Shown here: positions 13,078 through 26,155 of the stretch, one piece after another
How positions within the stretch are numbered: the stretch's first letter is position 1
Layout of the letters: every line of letters begins with the position of its first letter
Assembly: GCF_018350175.1 (NCBI RefSeq)
Contig: NC_058380.1
Coordinates: 57,598,001-57,662,000 of the forward strand
Source: Felis catus
Lineage: Eukaryota
Direction: 5' to 3'
Length of the DNA stretch: 64,000 nucleotides
The notes under the pieces: model-generated
What the model was told of the DNA's origin: nothing
Databases searched by the model: none
The model's input: only the letters and a program-made list of their open reading frames with translations
Translations under genes and position numbers: made by a program

Positions 13078-13079
<2 letters not shown>

Positions 13080-13113
<34 letters not shown>
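13080..13113. repeat. (GT)n microsatellite; 6 bp shorter in unit B (about 20474-20501)
   Basis: Direct reading; the ORF track shows two fewer codons in unit B. Confidence 0.95.
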
Positions 13114-13116
<3 letters not shown>

Positions 13117-15118
13117 CATGAGCACACATGGTGGGGAGATCTGAATGCTTGGTCTCCCATCAAGATATGGCCAGCTGGAAATAGGGCTGTATCAGGCTTT
13201 GGAGGAGAGTTGGGATGGAAGAAAACCAGGAGCTCTGACACCTACAGCCCCAACTGGGCAGATGTCCACCTGGGAGAGCGAGGAAGGGAAGGGAACACAA
13301 GGTAGTTAGGAGCCTATAAACCGTCATACTGCCTCTATACACTGTTTCATGGCCTCTCTGGAGAGCAGTTTGCCCAGGAAAAGGAAAAACCTGGAAAGCC
13401 CACATAACTCAGCAGTTCCACCCCTGGGAGTAAGTTCTAATGATTCAATGAGTGGAGGGCTGGTATCTCTCAATAAAGGCATTTATCACAGCCATTTTGT
13501 GAGTGAACATAGGAAACAAAATAACTGTCTACCAATAAATACCTAATGATACCGCTTCATAGAATGGAATGTTAGACATTAAAGTTACATTTATAATTTT
13601 TACACTATTACATCATTACATTACAACAATAAATTCAAAGGGAGAACACAAAATTGTACACACTGTTATGATGTCAATTAGGTGAACAATATGTATTGAT
13701 AAAAGTGACTCAAAAGAAATTATAGAAGAATCACTAGGGGAGGGGATTCCTCTTTTACCTCTTCAGTATTATCCAATTTTCTAATATTATGGGCACAAAT
13801 TGTATTTGGGGAAAAAATTCTCAGTACAGTAATACCCCCCCCTCCCCAGTCTTACTTACCGACATTTTGCATTCAGAAGTTTCACTTCCTGCCCCACCAC
13901 CACCTCCAGGTGTGGTCTGGAAGCAGAAGATGGTCTTTCTGAGAATGGTGAGGTCAGTAGTAGCCTCACAACACCTAGGTCACTCACCTCACTTCATCTC
14001 ATCGTGTGGGCATTTTATCATCTTGCATCATCGCAAGAAGAATGCGGGGGGGGGGGGCNNNNNNNNNNNNNNNNNNNNNNNNNNNNNNNNNNNNNNNNNN
14101 NNNNNNNNNNNNNNNNNNNNNNNNNNNNNNNNNNNNNNNNNNNNNNNNNNNNNNNNNNNNNNNNNNNNNNNNNNNNNNNNNNNNNNNNNNNNNNNNNNNN
14201 NNNNNNNNNNNNNNNNNNNNNNNNNNNNNNNNNNNNNNNNNNNNNNNNNNNNNNNNNNNNNNGATCTACTGGGGGTCTTGGGATGTATCCCCTGTGTAAA
14301 AGAGGAAACTACTGTACCTATAGGAAGAAAGTGAGAAAAATGGAAAGAACTAGCCACGGAATGGGAATCAGACAGGGTTGGGTCCCAGCTTGCCTGTCTT
14401 GCTCACCTCTGACCCTGAGGAAGGCTCAGTCTTCCAGGAAATCTCAGCGGGATGGGGATGGGAACATGGCTGCCTCTTTCCCTGGGCTCTGGGCTCCTCC
14501 CGGGGAGGACTGAGCAGCAGTGTCAAGGCAGGGGCTTGGTCACTGGTGAGCTCTGTGGAGCACGAGGGACTGCCTGGGCTTAGCCTCAGCTGCTCCTCCC
14601 CACTCCAGCATCTGCTGCTCATAGGCAGTTGCAGCTGGAAGTTTCTTAGAGCAGAGGCAGGGTGAGGAGGAAAGTCCATCTTTGGAAAATGCTTGGCAAA
14701 AGTCATGGCCACCACTTCTGTCCCCACCACAACCCAGTGCTCCCTACCTGCATCCTGCTTGCAGCCACTTGTCTGAGTCTCCTGATCCCAGACACAGTTC
14801 TCAACTCCACACTGTGCCCTTGGCCAGACCCTGGATGCCAGAGAAAGACCCCAGACACTCCCCTGCTGGATTTCCTTGACCTCTGAGACCCTCTTTCTTC
14901 TTCTCTCTGCTAAATCCCTATGGCAATGTTAGCCCCTGCTGGTGTTTCTCTCCCATCCTTCTTCCTAGCCGTGCAGGCTGACCGTGTATTTCAACTACAG
15001 ACTCTTTGTGGAGAGCACCTGTCATCCTCATGTGAGGCACAGAAATCCCAATGGTACATCTTCCCCAGCAGTGAAAGGAGTTCTCAGGCAGCAGCTGTGA
15101 ACTCTGCAGGGACCCTGT

Positions 15119-15220
15119 TAGTCCCAGAAGCAATTTAAAGTTTGGAATGTCAAATGTGCACGGGGTACAGGCCCTAAGCATACCTGGGGCCTCCAGGGAC
15201 CACACACCCTGTCCCAATTA
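15119..15220 (-). promoter_or_regulatory. Candidate OR promoter module for OR copy 1
   Basis: cccagaagcaatttaaagtttgg (15123-15145), O/E-like ctccaggga (15191-15199) and homeodomain caatta (15215-15220). The 23-mer recurs upstream of other ORs. Confidence 0.6.
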
Positions 15221-15479
15221 GAGGTAACGACTGGGACACGGTCAAGGGGAGATGGACAAGAGCATACAGCAGATGCTGGCTTCCTCCAGAGCTTTCCCTG
15301 GGGTCTCAGAGAAGCCAGTGCTCGATTCAGGGACGGCGTACTTTGTCCCTATGTCGAAGTCCTAGATATCCAGAATGGGGAAGCAGGATAAATGTCTAAC
15401 AGCAGTAGCAGGATTGGCTGCATTCGTTGAGCGGCTCCCTTGTGCCAGTCACTGTGACGAACGCCTCACAAACACTGGT

Positions 15480-16033
15480 TTTAAGACGTTCTCCACTTCC
15501 TCTCCAGCACGTGTCTTTTCTTGTCTTTTTGATCCTAGGCATTCTGACAGGTGTGAGGTGGTATCTCATGGTGGGTTTAATTTGCATTGCCCTGATGATG
15601 AGTGATGTTGAGCATCGTTTCATGTGTCCGTTAGCCATCTGTAGGCCATCTTTGGAGAAATGTCTATTCAGGTCCTCTGCCCACTTTTAATCCAATTATT
15701 TGTGGGTTTTTTTTTGATGTTGAGTTATATTTTTTGCAAATATTTTCTCCCATACAGTTGGTTGCCTTTATGTTTAGCTTATGGTTTCCTTCGCTGTGCA
15801 AAAGCTTTTTAGTTTGCTGTAGTTCCAAGAGTTTATTTTTGCTTTTGTTTCCCTTGTCTGAGTAAACATATCCAGAACAATGTTGCTAAAGCCAATATTC
15901 AAGAAGTTTTCTTTAGGAGGTTTATGGTTTCAGGTCTTTAATCCATTTTTATTTTATTTTTGTGTATGCTAAAAGAAAGTGGTCCAGTGTCATTTTTTTT
16001 TTTTGCATGTAACTCTCCACTTTTCTCAACGCC
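15480..16033 (-). mobile_element. L1 ORF2 3'-region fragment (unit A)
   Basis: Antisense translation includes [28 protein letters not shown], typical of the L1 ORF2 C-terminal region. Confidence 0.88.
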
Positions 16034-16103
16034 ATTTTATTTTATTTTATTTTTAATTTTTTTAAAATTTACATCCAAATTAGTTAGCATATAGTGAAAC
16101 AAT
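16034..16103 (-). mobile_element. Very short felid L1 3'-end insertion
   Basis: T-rich tail followed by tttacatccaaattagttagcatatagtgaaacaatgatttcaggagtagattcctta, with ccattt on both sides. Confidence 0.7.
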
Positions 16104-16109
16104 GATTTC

Positions 16110-16333
16110 AGGAGTAGATTCCTTACCATTTATTTTTATTTTTATGTCTATTTATTTATTTTGAGAAAGTGAGCATGTGCGAGTAGGCAAGGACAGAGAG
16201 ACAGGAAGAGAGCGAATCCCAAGCTAGCTCCTCTCTGTCAGTGGAGAGCCCATCAGGGGGCTCTATCTCACCAGCCGTGAGATCACAACCTGAACTGAGT
16301 CGGACGCTTAACCAACTGAGAAACCCAGGAGTC
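16110..16333 (-). mobile_element. Older CAN-SINE at the duplication junction
   Basis: Diverged SINE body whose head abuts the start of unit B. Confidence 0.8.
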
Positions 16334-17662
16334 CTGACTTTCTGTATTCTTTTTAAATAAGTCTGTCAGTCTGCAAAGAATTTAGTATAACTTGGCCTAA
16401 AGCTGCTTCTATCCATCTACCACCATCTCTGAGACTCTCATTCATCTTCTGTCTGTTGGTCTAGAAAGGAACAATGTCTGGCTCATTTCCACATGGAACA
16501 CAGCACTGTGCAGCATTCGTGATACTACCACTGCCATCTGTAGTTCTATTGCGTTTACCATAAATAAGTACTCGTTTATATAGTATCTTATCTAATTTGT
16601 CTAAAATCAAATGGTTAGGTTTTAAATATGGAGAAATAGACTGAGAAAGATTAAGCAACCTGCCCAAGGTCATAGGTAAGAAAATGCTTCCCAGTGTTTA
16701 TTGTGCTGAGCTATGGAGGCTCAGAAATGCTACAGATTTTACATCTCTTGGACATTCACGGTGTATTTTAACATATTAAAGACTTTGAGAAGTTCTGGAA
16801 TGAAGAAATGTGTCAAATTTTACCCCACTAAACTCTTCAAATAATTTTAGCTNNNNNNNNNNNNNNNNNNNNNNNNNNNNNNNNNNNNNNNNNNNNNNNN
16901 NNNNNNNNNNNNNNNNNNNNNNNNNNNNNNNNNNNNNNNNNNNNNNNNNNNNNNNNNNNNNNNNNNNNNNNNNNNNNNNNNNNNNNNNNNNNNNNNNNNN
17001 NNNNNATCTAACAGAAAACTAGCTTCTCTGTTGGGAATTGTATAAGTGGTAAACATCAAATTCAAACTCTATACTCCTTGAATTTAACTTAGAAGAAGTG
17101 TTTCATAATGTGAAATGCATTGAGAAAAAATAGCCTCAGTTTTCTCATAGCTAAAAAGCAATTCAGTTCCTCAGGCTAGATTATTTCCACTCAAAAGCCC
17201 TCTGTGTGGAGACCTTGTCTTTGTCTCCTCTTAGTATTTCAGGCAAACTGAGTCTAATAATGAAAATGTCCACTTCCTCCTTGTTCCTGGCTGTCCTGGG
17301 GAGTCCAGTAGGGATGAAAAAGTTGCTGTGAGAGCCCTCTCACCTGTGTGTACTGACTGTGTAGCTCGGACACAGTATAGGCTATTCGGCTTGCTCTAAT
17401 GGTCCCTTTCTCCTCGGTTTTAGGATGTGTTCAGAATGTCTTTGTACATTACATTAGCGATTTATTGCCTGGCATCTGTTGAAGCTCTCAGATATCTGGC
17501 TAAAACTCAGAAGACACAATGTGAAAAGTTACACAATCCCTGAAAATGAACTAGAGGGCAAGCGATCATTTCAGTTAACATCACCTGGCTTTTGAGTGGC
17601 AGCTGCAATGATCAAAACCCTTGCTCCCTTGGAGGTAGGAACCACAGAGGACCCCTCCTCCA

Positions 17663-18622
17663 TCACTGGGTGAAGTATTTCCGAGCCACCAGGTTCCTCA
17701 CAGCAGCCTTCACGTCCTTGTTCCTGAGGCTGTAGATGACGGGGTTGAGCATGGGGGTCACCACCCCATAGAAGAGAGGGATGAGCTTATCTGAAAGGTC
17801 CTCTTTGTCTGCCCCCAGGGGATCCTTAGACTTGGGCTTCCTGTACATGAAAAATAAGGTCCCGTAGAAGATGACCACCACAGTGAGGTGGGCAGAGCAG
17901 GTAGAAAAGGCCTTTTTCCTCCCCTCAGCTGAAGGGATCCTCAGGATGGTAGCAATGATGAAGACATAAGAGACGGAGATGAACAGAACTGGGACCCCCA
18001 GGAAGATCACATTTGTCACTCCCATGCTGATCACATTGATGGAGATGTCAACACAGGCCAACTTGAGGACTGCCAGGATCTCACAGGCAAGGTGGTTGAT
18101 GACGTTGTTCCCGCAGAAAGGCAGCTGAATCGTCAGGGATGTGTGTACCACAGAAGCAGCCCCACCAATTGTCCAGGAGCTGACAGCCATGGATACATAC
18201 ACAGACCTGCTCATGACCACAGGGTACCTCAGGGGGTTACAGATGGCCACATAGCGATCAAATGCCATCACGCTCAGGAGCACACACTCTGTCCCTGCCA
18301 TGGCAAAGGAGAGGAACATCTGCATGGCACAGCCTGAGAAGGAGATGGTTTTCCTGGGAGTGAGGAAGCCATCCAGGACTAGAGGGANNNNNNNNNNNNN
18401 NNNNNNNNNNNNNNNNNNNNNNNNNNNNNNNNNNNNNNNNNNNNNNNNNNNNNNNNNNNNNNNNNNNNNNNNNNNNNNNNNNNNNNNNNNNNNNNNNNNN
18501 NNNNNNNNNNNNNNNNNNNNNNNNNNNNNNNNNNNNNNNNNNNNNNNNNNNNNNNNNNNNNGGGCTGAGAGTCCCAGGAGAATGAACCCCACCACGGGGG
18601 AGGACCAGTTGGCTTTTTCCAT
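17663..18622 (-). CDS. OR2S2: Olfactory receptor, OR37 subfamily, OR2S2-like (copy 2), 319 aa
   Basis: Same motifs as copy 1; six visible aa differences from it. 18388-18561 is masked. Confidence 0.93.
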   Translation of the reverse strand: MEKANWSSPVVGFILLGLSAXXXXXXXXXXXXXXXXXXXXXXXXXXXXXXXXXXXXXXXXXXXXXXXXXXXXXXXXXXXPLVLDGFLTPRKTISFSGCAMQMFLSFAMAGTECVLLSVMAFDRYVAICNPLRYPVVMSRSVYVSMAVSSWTIGGAASVVHTSLTIQLPFCGNNVINHLACEILAVLKLACVDISINVISMGVTNVIFLGVPVLFISVSYVFIIATILRIPSAEGRKKAFSTCSAHLTVVVIFYGTLFFMYRKPKSKDPLGADKEDLSDKLIPLFYGVVTPMLNPVIYSLRNKDVKAAVRNLVARKYFTQ

Positions 18623-19831
18623 GTGATATCCCTTCTGTCATCAGCAAAGTACAAAAGCAGCACATCAGGCTTTCTTGAGAAGAGTCTCAGGCATCTAGTA
18701 TGCCATCAAGTCTCTGCTACATAAGAGGAGAGCATGTGTGTGTAAGAGAAAAATGGCAGTAAGAGACAGTAAGTGGGAGTGTCCTTAGCTTCTAGATGAG
18801 AGAGGGTCGGGGGTGGAACACAACAGAGCTTAGAGTAGACTAGCACCAAGGAAAAGCCTCAAATGTTCCAGCCGACTGTGTGCGAGGGGTTTTTCTGATG
18901 TTTCATCCTCTCATGGCCCGAAAAAGCAACTGAGGCCCAGAGAGGGGTGTGACCTGTCTGAGTCTTCTGAGCAAGTTGCTGATAGAGGCGGGACTGGAGC
19001 CCAGTAGAGCTAATCCCCAGTCAAGGAGGACTTTTCCTCTGTTTTATGATCAACAGCTGGAAAATGCTGTAAATTATTTCTTTCTATAGAAGTTTCACCT
19101 AATCTGGGCTCTCTTAGATTCTCAGAGAGGAGAATCCCCAAGCTGATCCAATTCTTAGAATGGGCAAAGTTTTAAGCTTCTGTAAACTTTATTAACGTTT
19201 GGAAGCAACTTGTATAAAAGTGTTAACCCACATCCAGACAGAATGAAGCCTAGGTAAAGGCTCAGCCATAACGAGGATTGCTTCCTCAGCCTGCCCAGCC
19301 TCAGCAACACAGACTTGACTGTCATCTGAACTGGGATCTGCCTATTTTCACACACACTAATAGAAATTGGGGGAGGTTCCTTAGGGGGCAGAACTTTATG
19401 AAGCCAACACAAGGATTGACTGGAGTGATGGAACCCACACTATGGAATGGCAACTTGCAGCTCACTGGCCAGTTAGCACAGTTCTTAATAACCATGCTGA
19501 CTACAGTCATCAGACAGCAGGTTATGTGGCATTGACTTCTAATCCCAGCTCATTAGAATCTTGGTGACATTCTTAGCCAGGGGTGACTACGGAATGTTTT
19601 TTCTTTGTCCTTTTATGTTTATACTTTATTCTTGGGTAATATTCTGGCTCTCTGCCTCCATTCTTGTGTTCTACACAAGCAGCTAGCTTATCGGAAGACC
19701 TGTCTGCCTTTGTATAGAGGATTTCCAGGCTCTCAGCTGCAATTGCCCAGACTCTATATTCAGAATCCTCATTCATAATATTTCTATAGCTCTTTCTTAA
19801 TTGCAATGGTGCATATGTATGTGCGTGTGTG

Positions 19832-19868
<37 letters not shown>

Positions 19869-20471
19869 GCTGCTTCACCATGGAATTCTGCCCCAGCTTA
19901 TCTCCCACTCCTCCCAGTGGCTCTCCCAGCCCTTCCAGAAAATGAAAAGTAAACATTACAGTTGGTGCCACAAGCAGGATTCCATAGTGACAAGGATATG
20001 CTGTGATTTCAGAGGCCAAGGGCAGTGGCTTCTGTTAGAGAAGCCATCCTGTCTACGCCCACGAGCCGGGGCTGTGCACACAGAAGCATCTGCCCGTGAA
20101 CGATGTGCTGTGGCCATGAGTGCTGCACGGGATTTGCCCCGTGTGAGAGCTGCAGCCATGGAAGTCCTAGTGCCCAGCATGGAGCAGTGCTGAATGAAAG
20201 CTGGTTCAATTGGAGTGAACAGAACGACTAGGAAGATCTTGTGCACTGAGCCCAGAGCTCTGGGACCTGCCCCTGCCCGTGACATGGGTGTTCTGGGTGG
20301 CTAGAGCAAGTCCCTAAGCCTGTTTCCCATGTGCATCAAGAAAAGGCTGAACAGGTGCTCCCCAGAGTGTCCCAACTCTGTCATGGATTGCTCAGCACCA
20401 TTCTCACCAGGCAGGGCTCAGACTTTGGTGAAGGTGACTGCCTGCTCCTTTGCGTGTGTGCTATGGGGTGC

Positions 20472-20504
<33 letters not shown>

Positions 20505-22503
20505 CATGAGCACACATGGTGGGGAGATCTGAATGCTTGGTCTCCCATCAAGATATGGCCAGCTGGAAATAGGGCTGTATCAGGCTTTGGAGGAGAGTTG
20601 GGATGGAAGAAAACCAGGAGCTCTGACACCTACAGCCCCAACTGGGCAGATGTCCACCTGGGAGAGCGAGGAAGGGAAGGGAACACAAGGTAGTTAGGAG
20701 CCTATAAACCGTCATACTGCCTCTATACACTGTTTCATGGCCTCTCTGGAGAGCAGTTTGCCCAGGAAAAGGAAAAACCTGGAAAGCCCACATAACTCAG
20801 CAGTTCCACCCCTGGGAGTAAGTTCTAATGATTCAATGAGTGGAGGGCTGGTATCTCTCAATAAAGGCATTTATCACAGCCATTTTGTGAGTGAACATAG
20901 GAAACAAAATAACTGTCTACCAATAAATACCTAATGATACCGCTTCATAGAATGGAATGTTAGACATTAAAGTTACATTTATAATTTTTACACTATTACA
21001 TCATTACATTACAACAATAAATTCAAAGGGAGAACACAAAATTGTACACACTGTTATGATGTCAATTAGGTGAACAATATGTATTGATAAAAGTGACTCA
21101 AAAGAAATTATAGAAGAATCACTAGGGGAGGGGATTCCTCTTTTACCTCTTCAGTATTATCCAATTTTCTAATATTATGGGCACAAATTGTATTTGGGGA
21201 AAAAATTCTCAGTACAGTAATACCCCCCCCCCCCCCCGGTCTTACTTACCGACATTTTGCATTCAGAAGTTTCATTTCCTGCCCCACCACCACCTCCAGG
21301 TGTGGTCTGGAAGCAGAAGATGGTCTTTCTGAGAATGGTGAGGTCAGTAGTAGCCTCACAACACCTAGGTCACTCACCTCACTTCATTTCATCGTGTGGG
21401 CATTTTATCATCTTGCATCATCGCAAGAAGAATGCGGGGGGGCNNNNNNNNNNNNNNNNNNNNNNNNNNNNNNNNNNNNNNNNNNNNNNNNNNNNNNNNN
21501 NNNNNNNNNNNNNNNNNNNNNNNNNNNNNNNNNNNNNNNNNNNNNNNNNNNNNNNNNNNNNNNNNNNNNNNNNNNNNNNNNNNNNNNNNNNNNNNNNNNN
21601 NNNNNNNNNNNNNNNNNNNNNNNNNNNNNNNNNNNNNNNNNNNNNNNGATCTACTGGGGGTCTTGGGATGTATCCCCTGTGTAAAAGAGGAAACTACTGT
21701 ATCTATAGGAAGAAAGTGAGAAAAATGGAAAGAACTAGCCACGGAATGGGAATCAGACAGGGTTGGGTCCCAGCTTGCCTGTCTTGCTCACCTCTGTCCC
21801 TGAGGAAGGCTCAGTCTTCCAGGAAATCTCAGCAGGATGGGGATGGGAACATGGCTGCCTCTTTCCCTGGGCTCTGGGCTCCTCCCGGGGAGGGCTGAGC
21901 AGCAGTGTCAAGGCAGGGGCTTGGTCACTGGTGAGCTCTGTGGAGCACGAGGGACTGCCTGGGCTTAGCCTCAGCTGCTCCTCCCCACTCCAGCATCTGC
22001 TGCTCATAGGCAGTTGCAGCTGGAAGTTTCTTAGAGCAGAGGCAGGGTGAGGAGGAAAGTCCATCTTTGGAAAATGCTTGGCAAAAGTCATGGCCACCAC
22101 TTCTGTCCCCACCACAACCCAGTGCTCCCTACCTGCATCCTGCTTGCAGCCACTTGTCTGAGTCTCCTGATCCCAGACACAGTTCTCAACTCCACACTGT
22201 GCCCTGGGCCAGACCCTGGATGCCAGAGAAAGACCCCAGACACTCCCCTGCTGGATTTCCTTAACCTCTGAGACCCTCTTTCTTCTTCTCTCTGCTAAAT
22301 CCCTATGGCAATGTTAGCCCCTGCTGGTGTTTCTCTCCCATCCTTCTTCCTAGCTGTGCAGGCTGACCGTGTATTTCAACTACAGACTCTTTGTGGAGAG
22401 CACCTGTCATCCTGATGTGAGGCACAGAAATCCCAATGGTACATCTTCCCCAGCAGTGAAAGGAGTTCTCGGGCAGCAGCTGTGAACTCTGCAGGGACCC
22501 TGT

Positions 22504-22605
22504 TAGTCCCAGAAGCAATTTAAAGTTTGGAATGTCAAATGTGCACGGGGTACAGGCCCTAAGCATACCTGGGGCCTCCAGGGACCACACACCCTGTCCC
22601 AATTA
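22504..22605 (-). promoter_or_regulatory. Candidate OR promoter module for OR copy 2
   Basis: Duplicate of the copy-1 module: 23-mer at 22508-22530 and gtcccaatta at 22596-22605. Confidence 0.6.
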
Positions 22606-22864
22606 GAGGTAACGACTGGGACACGGTCAAGGGGAGATGGACAAGAGCATACAGCAGATGCTGGCTTCCTCCAGAGCTTTCCCTGGGGTCTCAGAGAAGC
22701 CAGTGCTCGATTCAGGGACGGCGTACTTTGTCCCTATGTCGAAGTCCTAGATATCCAGAATGGGGAAGCAGGATAAATGTCTAACAGCAGTAGCAGGATT
22801 GGCTGCGTTCGTTGAGCGGCTCCCTTGTGCCAGTCACTGTGACGAACGCCTCACAAACACTGGT

Positions 22865-23188
22865 TTTAAGACGTTCTCCACTTCCTCTCCAGCACGTGTC
22901 TTTTCTTGTCTTTTTGATCCTAGGCATTCTGACAGGTGTGAGGTGGTATCTCATGGTGGGTTTAATTTGCATTGCCCTGATGATGAGTGATGTTGAGCAT
23001 CGTTTCATGTGTCCGTTAGCCATCTGTAGGCCATCTTTGGAGAAATGTCTATTCAGGTCCTCTGCCCACTTTTAATCCAATTATTTGTGGGTTTTTTTTT
23101 GATGTTGAGTTACATGTGTTCTTTATATATTTTGGATATTAACCGAATATGTTATCAAATATGTTGTTTGCAAATACTTTCTCCCATA
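22865..23188 (-). mobile_element. L1 ORF2 fragment (unit B)
   Basis: Same L1 as in unit A, ending at ctcccata. Confidence 0.85.
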
Positions 23189-23638
23189 ACTTAAAAATTT
23201 TAAATTTAAAAAGTTAAACAGTTTAGCAAAGACCACATCTCTTGTAAAATCCAGAGCTGGTATTTCAGTCTCAATACATCTGATTCTCTTTATCATCATT
23301 GGATATCCTCCTCCTCCTCTTCCTCATGATTATCACCACATTAGTAGGCATTACTTGTACCTGAAACAAAATGTAAAAGGTATAGAAGAATGTATAATAA
23401 AAATTAAGTCTCTTTCTCGTCACCTAGTTATGTTCCTTTGAGACAACCAATATTAGCAATTTCTTGTATGCCTTTTTTTCCCCAGAAATATTCTATGGAT
23501 ATTGGTCAGTGAGAAAAGCAAGATATGAAGACAGTGACAAATTTTGCACAAATATACACTGTTTTAATATCATGATTTTCTCAGTTAATGTATATTGGAG
23601 CTATATATCTGGAAAATATATCATTTTTATACATGTTT

Positions 23639-23676
<38 letters not shown>

Positions 23677-23682
23677 TTTCTT

Positions 23683-23841
23683 TCTTTCTTTTTAATGTTT
23701 ATTTATTTTTGAGAGAGAGAGATAACATGAGTGGAGGAGGGACAGAGAGAGAGGGAAACAGAGAATCTGTCAGTGCAAAGCAGGGTTCAAACCCACAAAC
23801 TGTGAGATCATGACCTAGCCAAAGTCAGACACTCAATCAAC
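23683..23841 (-). mobile_element. CAN-SINE (internally deleted) with a (TTTC)n tail
   Basis: SINE head and tail preceded by a TTTC repeat at about 23640-23690. Confidence 0.8.
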
Positions 23842-25262
23842 TGAACCACCCAGGCATCCCTGCCTCATTCTTTTAAATGGCTGTATGTATTCCAGTGTTA
23901 AGAATGTGTCATCATTTAATTAACCAATCTAATATTGATAGACTTTTAGATCTTCCAGTTTCCCCCCATCTTATGCTATTACAGTCAATGTTACAACAAA
24001 TGTCTTTGCATATTCATAATTTAGCACATGTGGTAAAAACATATCTGTTTATGTACATTTGTAATATTGACAAGTTTACAAATTCCTATCATCAGCTTAT
24101 GAGAATGTCTGTTTTCCACCCTCTGATAACATATTACTTTGCTCTCTCAAGAACTTCTTTTGGTCTTTGCTAATTTAAAGATGAGAAGTGATATCACATT
24201 GTACTATTTAATACTTTAGATATTTAAAACAATTTAAAATGTGAAATATAGCACACACATGTAAATGCATATGAAAGTATATAAAACACATATTTTTAAT
24301 TGAAAGAATAAAAGAAAGCAATGATACCCTAATTTAAGGAGTAGGACACTGCCAGTACCTTGGAAGCTCCCTGGGTATTCTTTCCCTGTCCATCCTCTCC
24401 CTCTCCTCCCAGAGACACCACATTCCAATTTTAGTTATAATCATTTCCTTGTTTTTCATGAGTTTATCATCTGTGTATACATCCTTAAACAGTATAGTTT
24501 AGGCTTTCCTCTTTCTAAACTCCATATCAATTCAATTGCTTGTAGGTATTCTTTTTAACTTGCTACTTCTGTCAATATTATGTTTGTGAGGCTCATTCAT
24601 ATTTATGAGTGTAGCTAAATTCATTAATTTGTATTGCTAAATTCCATTATATGAATGTAGCACCACTTATTTATACATTCTACTTCAAAGGATAATTGGG
24701 TTGCCTCCTAGTTGAATGCTGCTATAAATATTTTGTATACTTCTCCTTGGTACACATACGTCCAATGTCCTGCCTACATCTGTCACCCATCCTTTCTCTA
24801 GTGATCTGTAATAGCCTCTCTGTTATACATCAAATGTCCAGACATGAAGGGGTTCATTTCTGGGATCTCTATTCTTTTCCAAATGGCTTACCTGTCTGTT
24901 CCTGTGTTGATGCCACACTGCCCTAATTAATATTGCTTTTTAGTATGCTTTGATATCTTGTAGGGTGAGTCCCTTTATCCCCACTCAATACTTCTTCAAA
25001 TGTGTGATGACTGTTTTTAGTTCTTTGTTCTTCTATATAAATTATGGACCCAACTTCTTGAATTCTACAGTAATTGTTTTGGGAATGTATAAATTGGTTT
25101 TACATTTATTCTATAGATCAATTTGAGGGGAACTAATATCTCCATAATACTGAATTTTCCAACCCATTAAATGGAAATATTTCTCTGTTTTAATATTGTT
25201 CAAAACATGTTATAATTTATACTTTTATGCATGAAGGTCTTGGAGATCTTTTGTCAGATTTA

Positions 25263-25492
25263 TTTATTTAAAAAAAAATTTTTTTTTTCCAACGTTTATT
25301 TATTTTTGGGACAGAGAGAGACAGAGCATGAACGGGGGAGGGGCAGAGAGAGAGGGAGACACAGAATCGGAAACAGGCTCCAGGCTCCGAGCCATCAGCC
25401 CAGAGCCTGACGCGGGGCTCGAACTCCCGGACCGCGAGATCCTGACCTGGCTAAAGTCGGACGCCCAACCGACTGCGCCACCCAGGCGCCCC
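25263..25492 (-). mobile_element. Young felid SINE (SINEC_Fc-type) with 16-bp TSD
   Basis: TSD tcttttgtcagattta at 25247-25262 and 25493-25508; CpG-rich body. Confidence 0.95.
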
Positions 25493-25584
25493 TCTTTTGT
25501 CAGATTTAACCCTGTATGAGGATATTTATATTTTAACATAAACATATTAATTTTTATATTTAAATATATAAATACATATATACT

Positions 25585-25809
25585 TTTTAATTTTTTAAAA
25601 TGTTTATTTATTTTTGAGAGAGAGAGAGAGAGAGAGACAGAACATGAGTGGGGGAGGGGCAGAAAGAGAGGGAGACACAGAATCCGAAACAGGCTCCAGG
25701 CTCTGAGCTGTCAGCACAGATCCCAAAACAGGGCTTGGACCCATGAACCACGAGATCATGACCTGAGCTGAAGTTGGATGCTTAACTGACCGAGCCACCT
25801 AGGCACCCC
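25585..25809 (-). mobile_element. CAN-SINE
   Basis: Full body flanked by aatacatatat. Confidence 0.9.
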
Positions 25810-25945
25810 AATACATATATTTATATTTCTTTATGTCTTTAAAAATATTTCAAAATCTGTTGGTAGAATATAGAAATACAATATTTGTTTTTGTATATTG
25901 ATTTAGTGTTGAGGAACCTTACTAAACTCTTTTAAATATTTATAA

Positions 25946-26155
25946 AATTCTTTTAATGGTTTTATTTATTTGCTAGAGAGAGACAGAGCCTGAGTGAGGG
26001 AGAGGCAGAGAGAGAGGGAGACACAGAATCTGAAGCAGGCTCCAGGCTCTGAGCTGTCAGCAGAGATCCCAGTGTGGGGCTCAAACTCGCAAACTGCGAG
26101 ATCATGACCTGAGCTGAAGCCAGATGCTTAACTGACTGAGCCACCCAGGCGCCCC
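25946..26155 (-). mobile_element. CAN-SINE with 21-bp TSD
   Basis: TSD aactcttttaaatatttataa at 25925-25945 and 26156-26176. Confidence 0.93.

Larger units (their letters stand above)
8945..15754 (+). repeat. Tandem segmental duplication, unit A
   Basis: Aligns to 16336-23188 at offsets of 7379-7394; many ORF-track entries recur identically at that offset. Confidence 0.97.
16336..23188 (+). repeat. Tandem segmental duplication, unit B
   Basis: Direct repeat of 8945-15754, roughly 99% identical by eye in the core. Confidence 0.97.

Noticed and set aside
12179-13305. ORFs of 110-150 aa with HTHTH or CVCVC runs, repeated at 19573-20693
   Set aside because: They arise from (GT)n microsatellites and are repeated only because of the segmental duplication; they have no domain features.
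15396-15638. 80-aa ORF with L1 ORF2-like sequence
   Set aside because: It is a short fragment of a dead L1, not an autonomous element.
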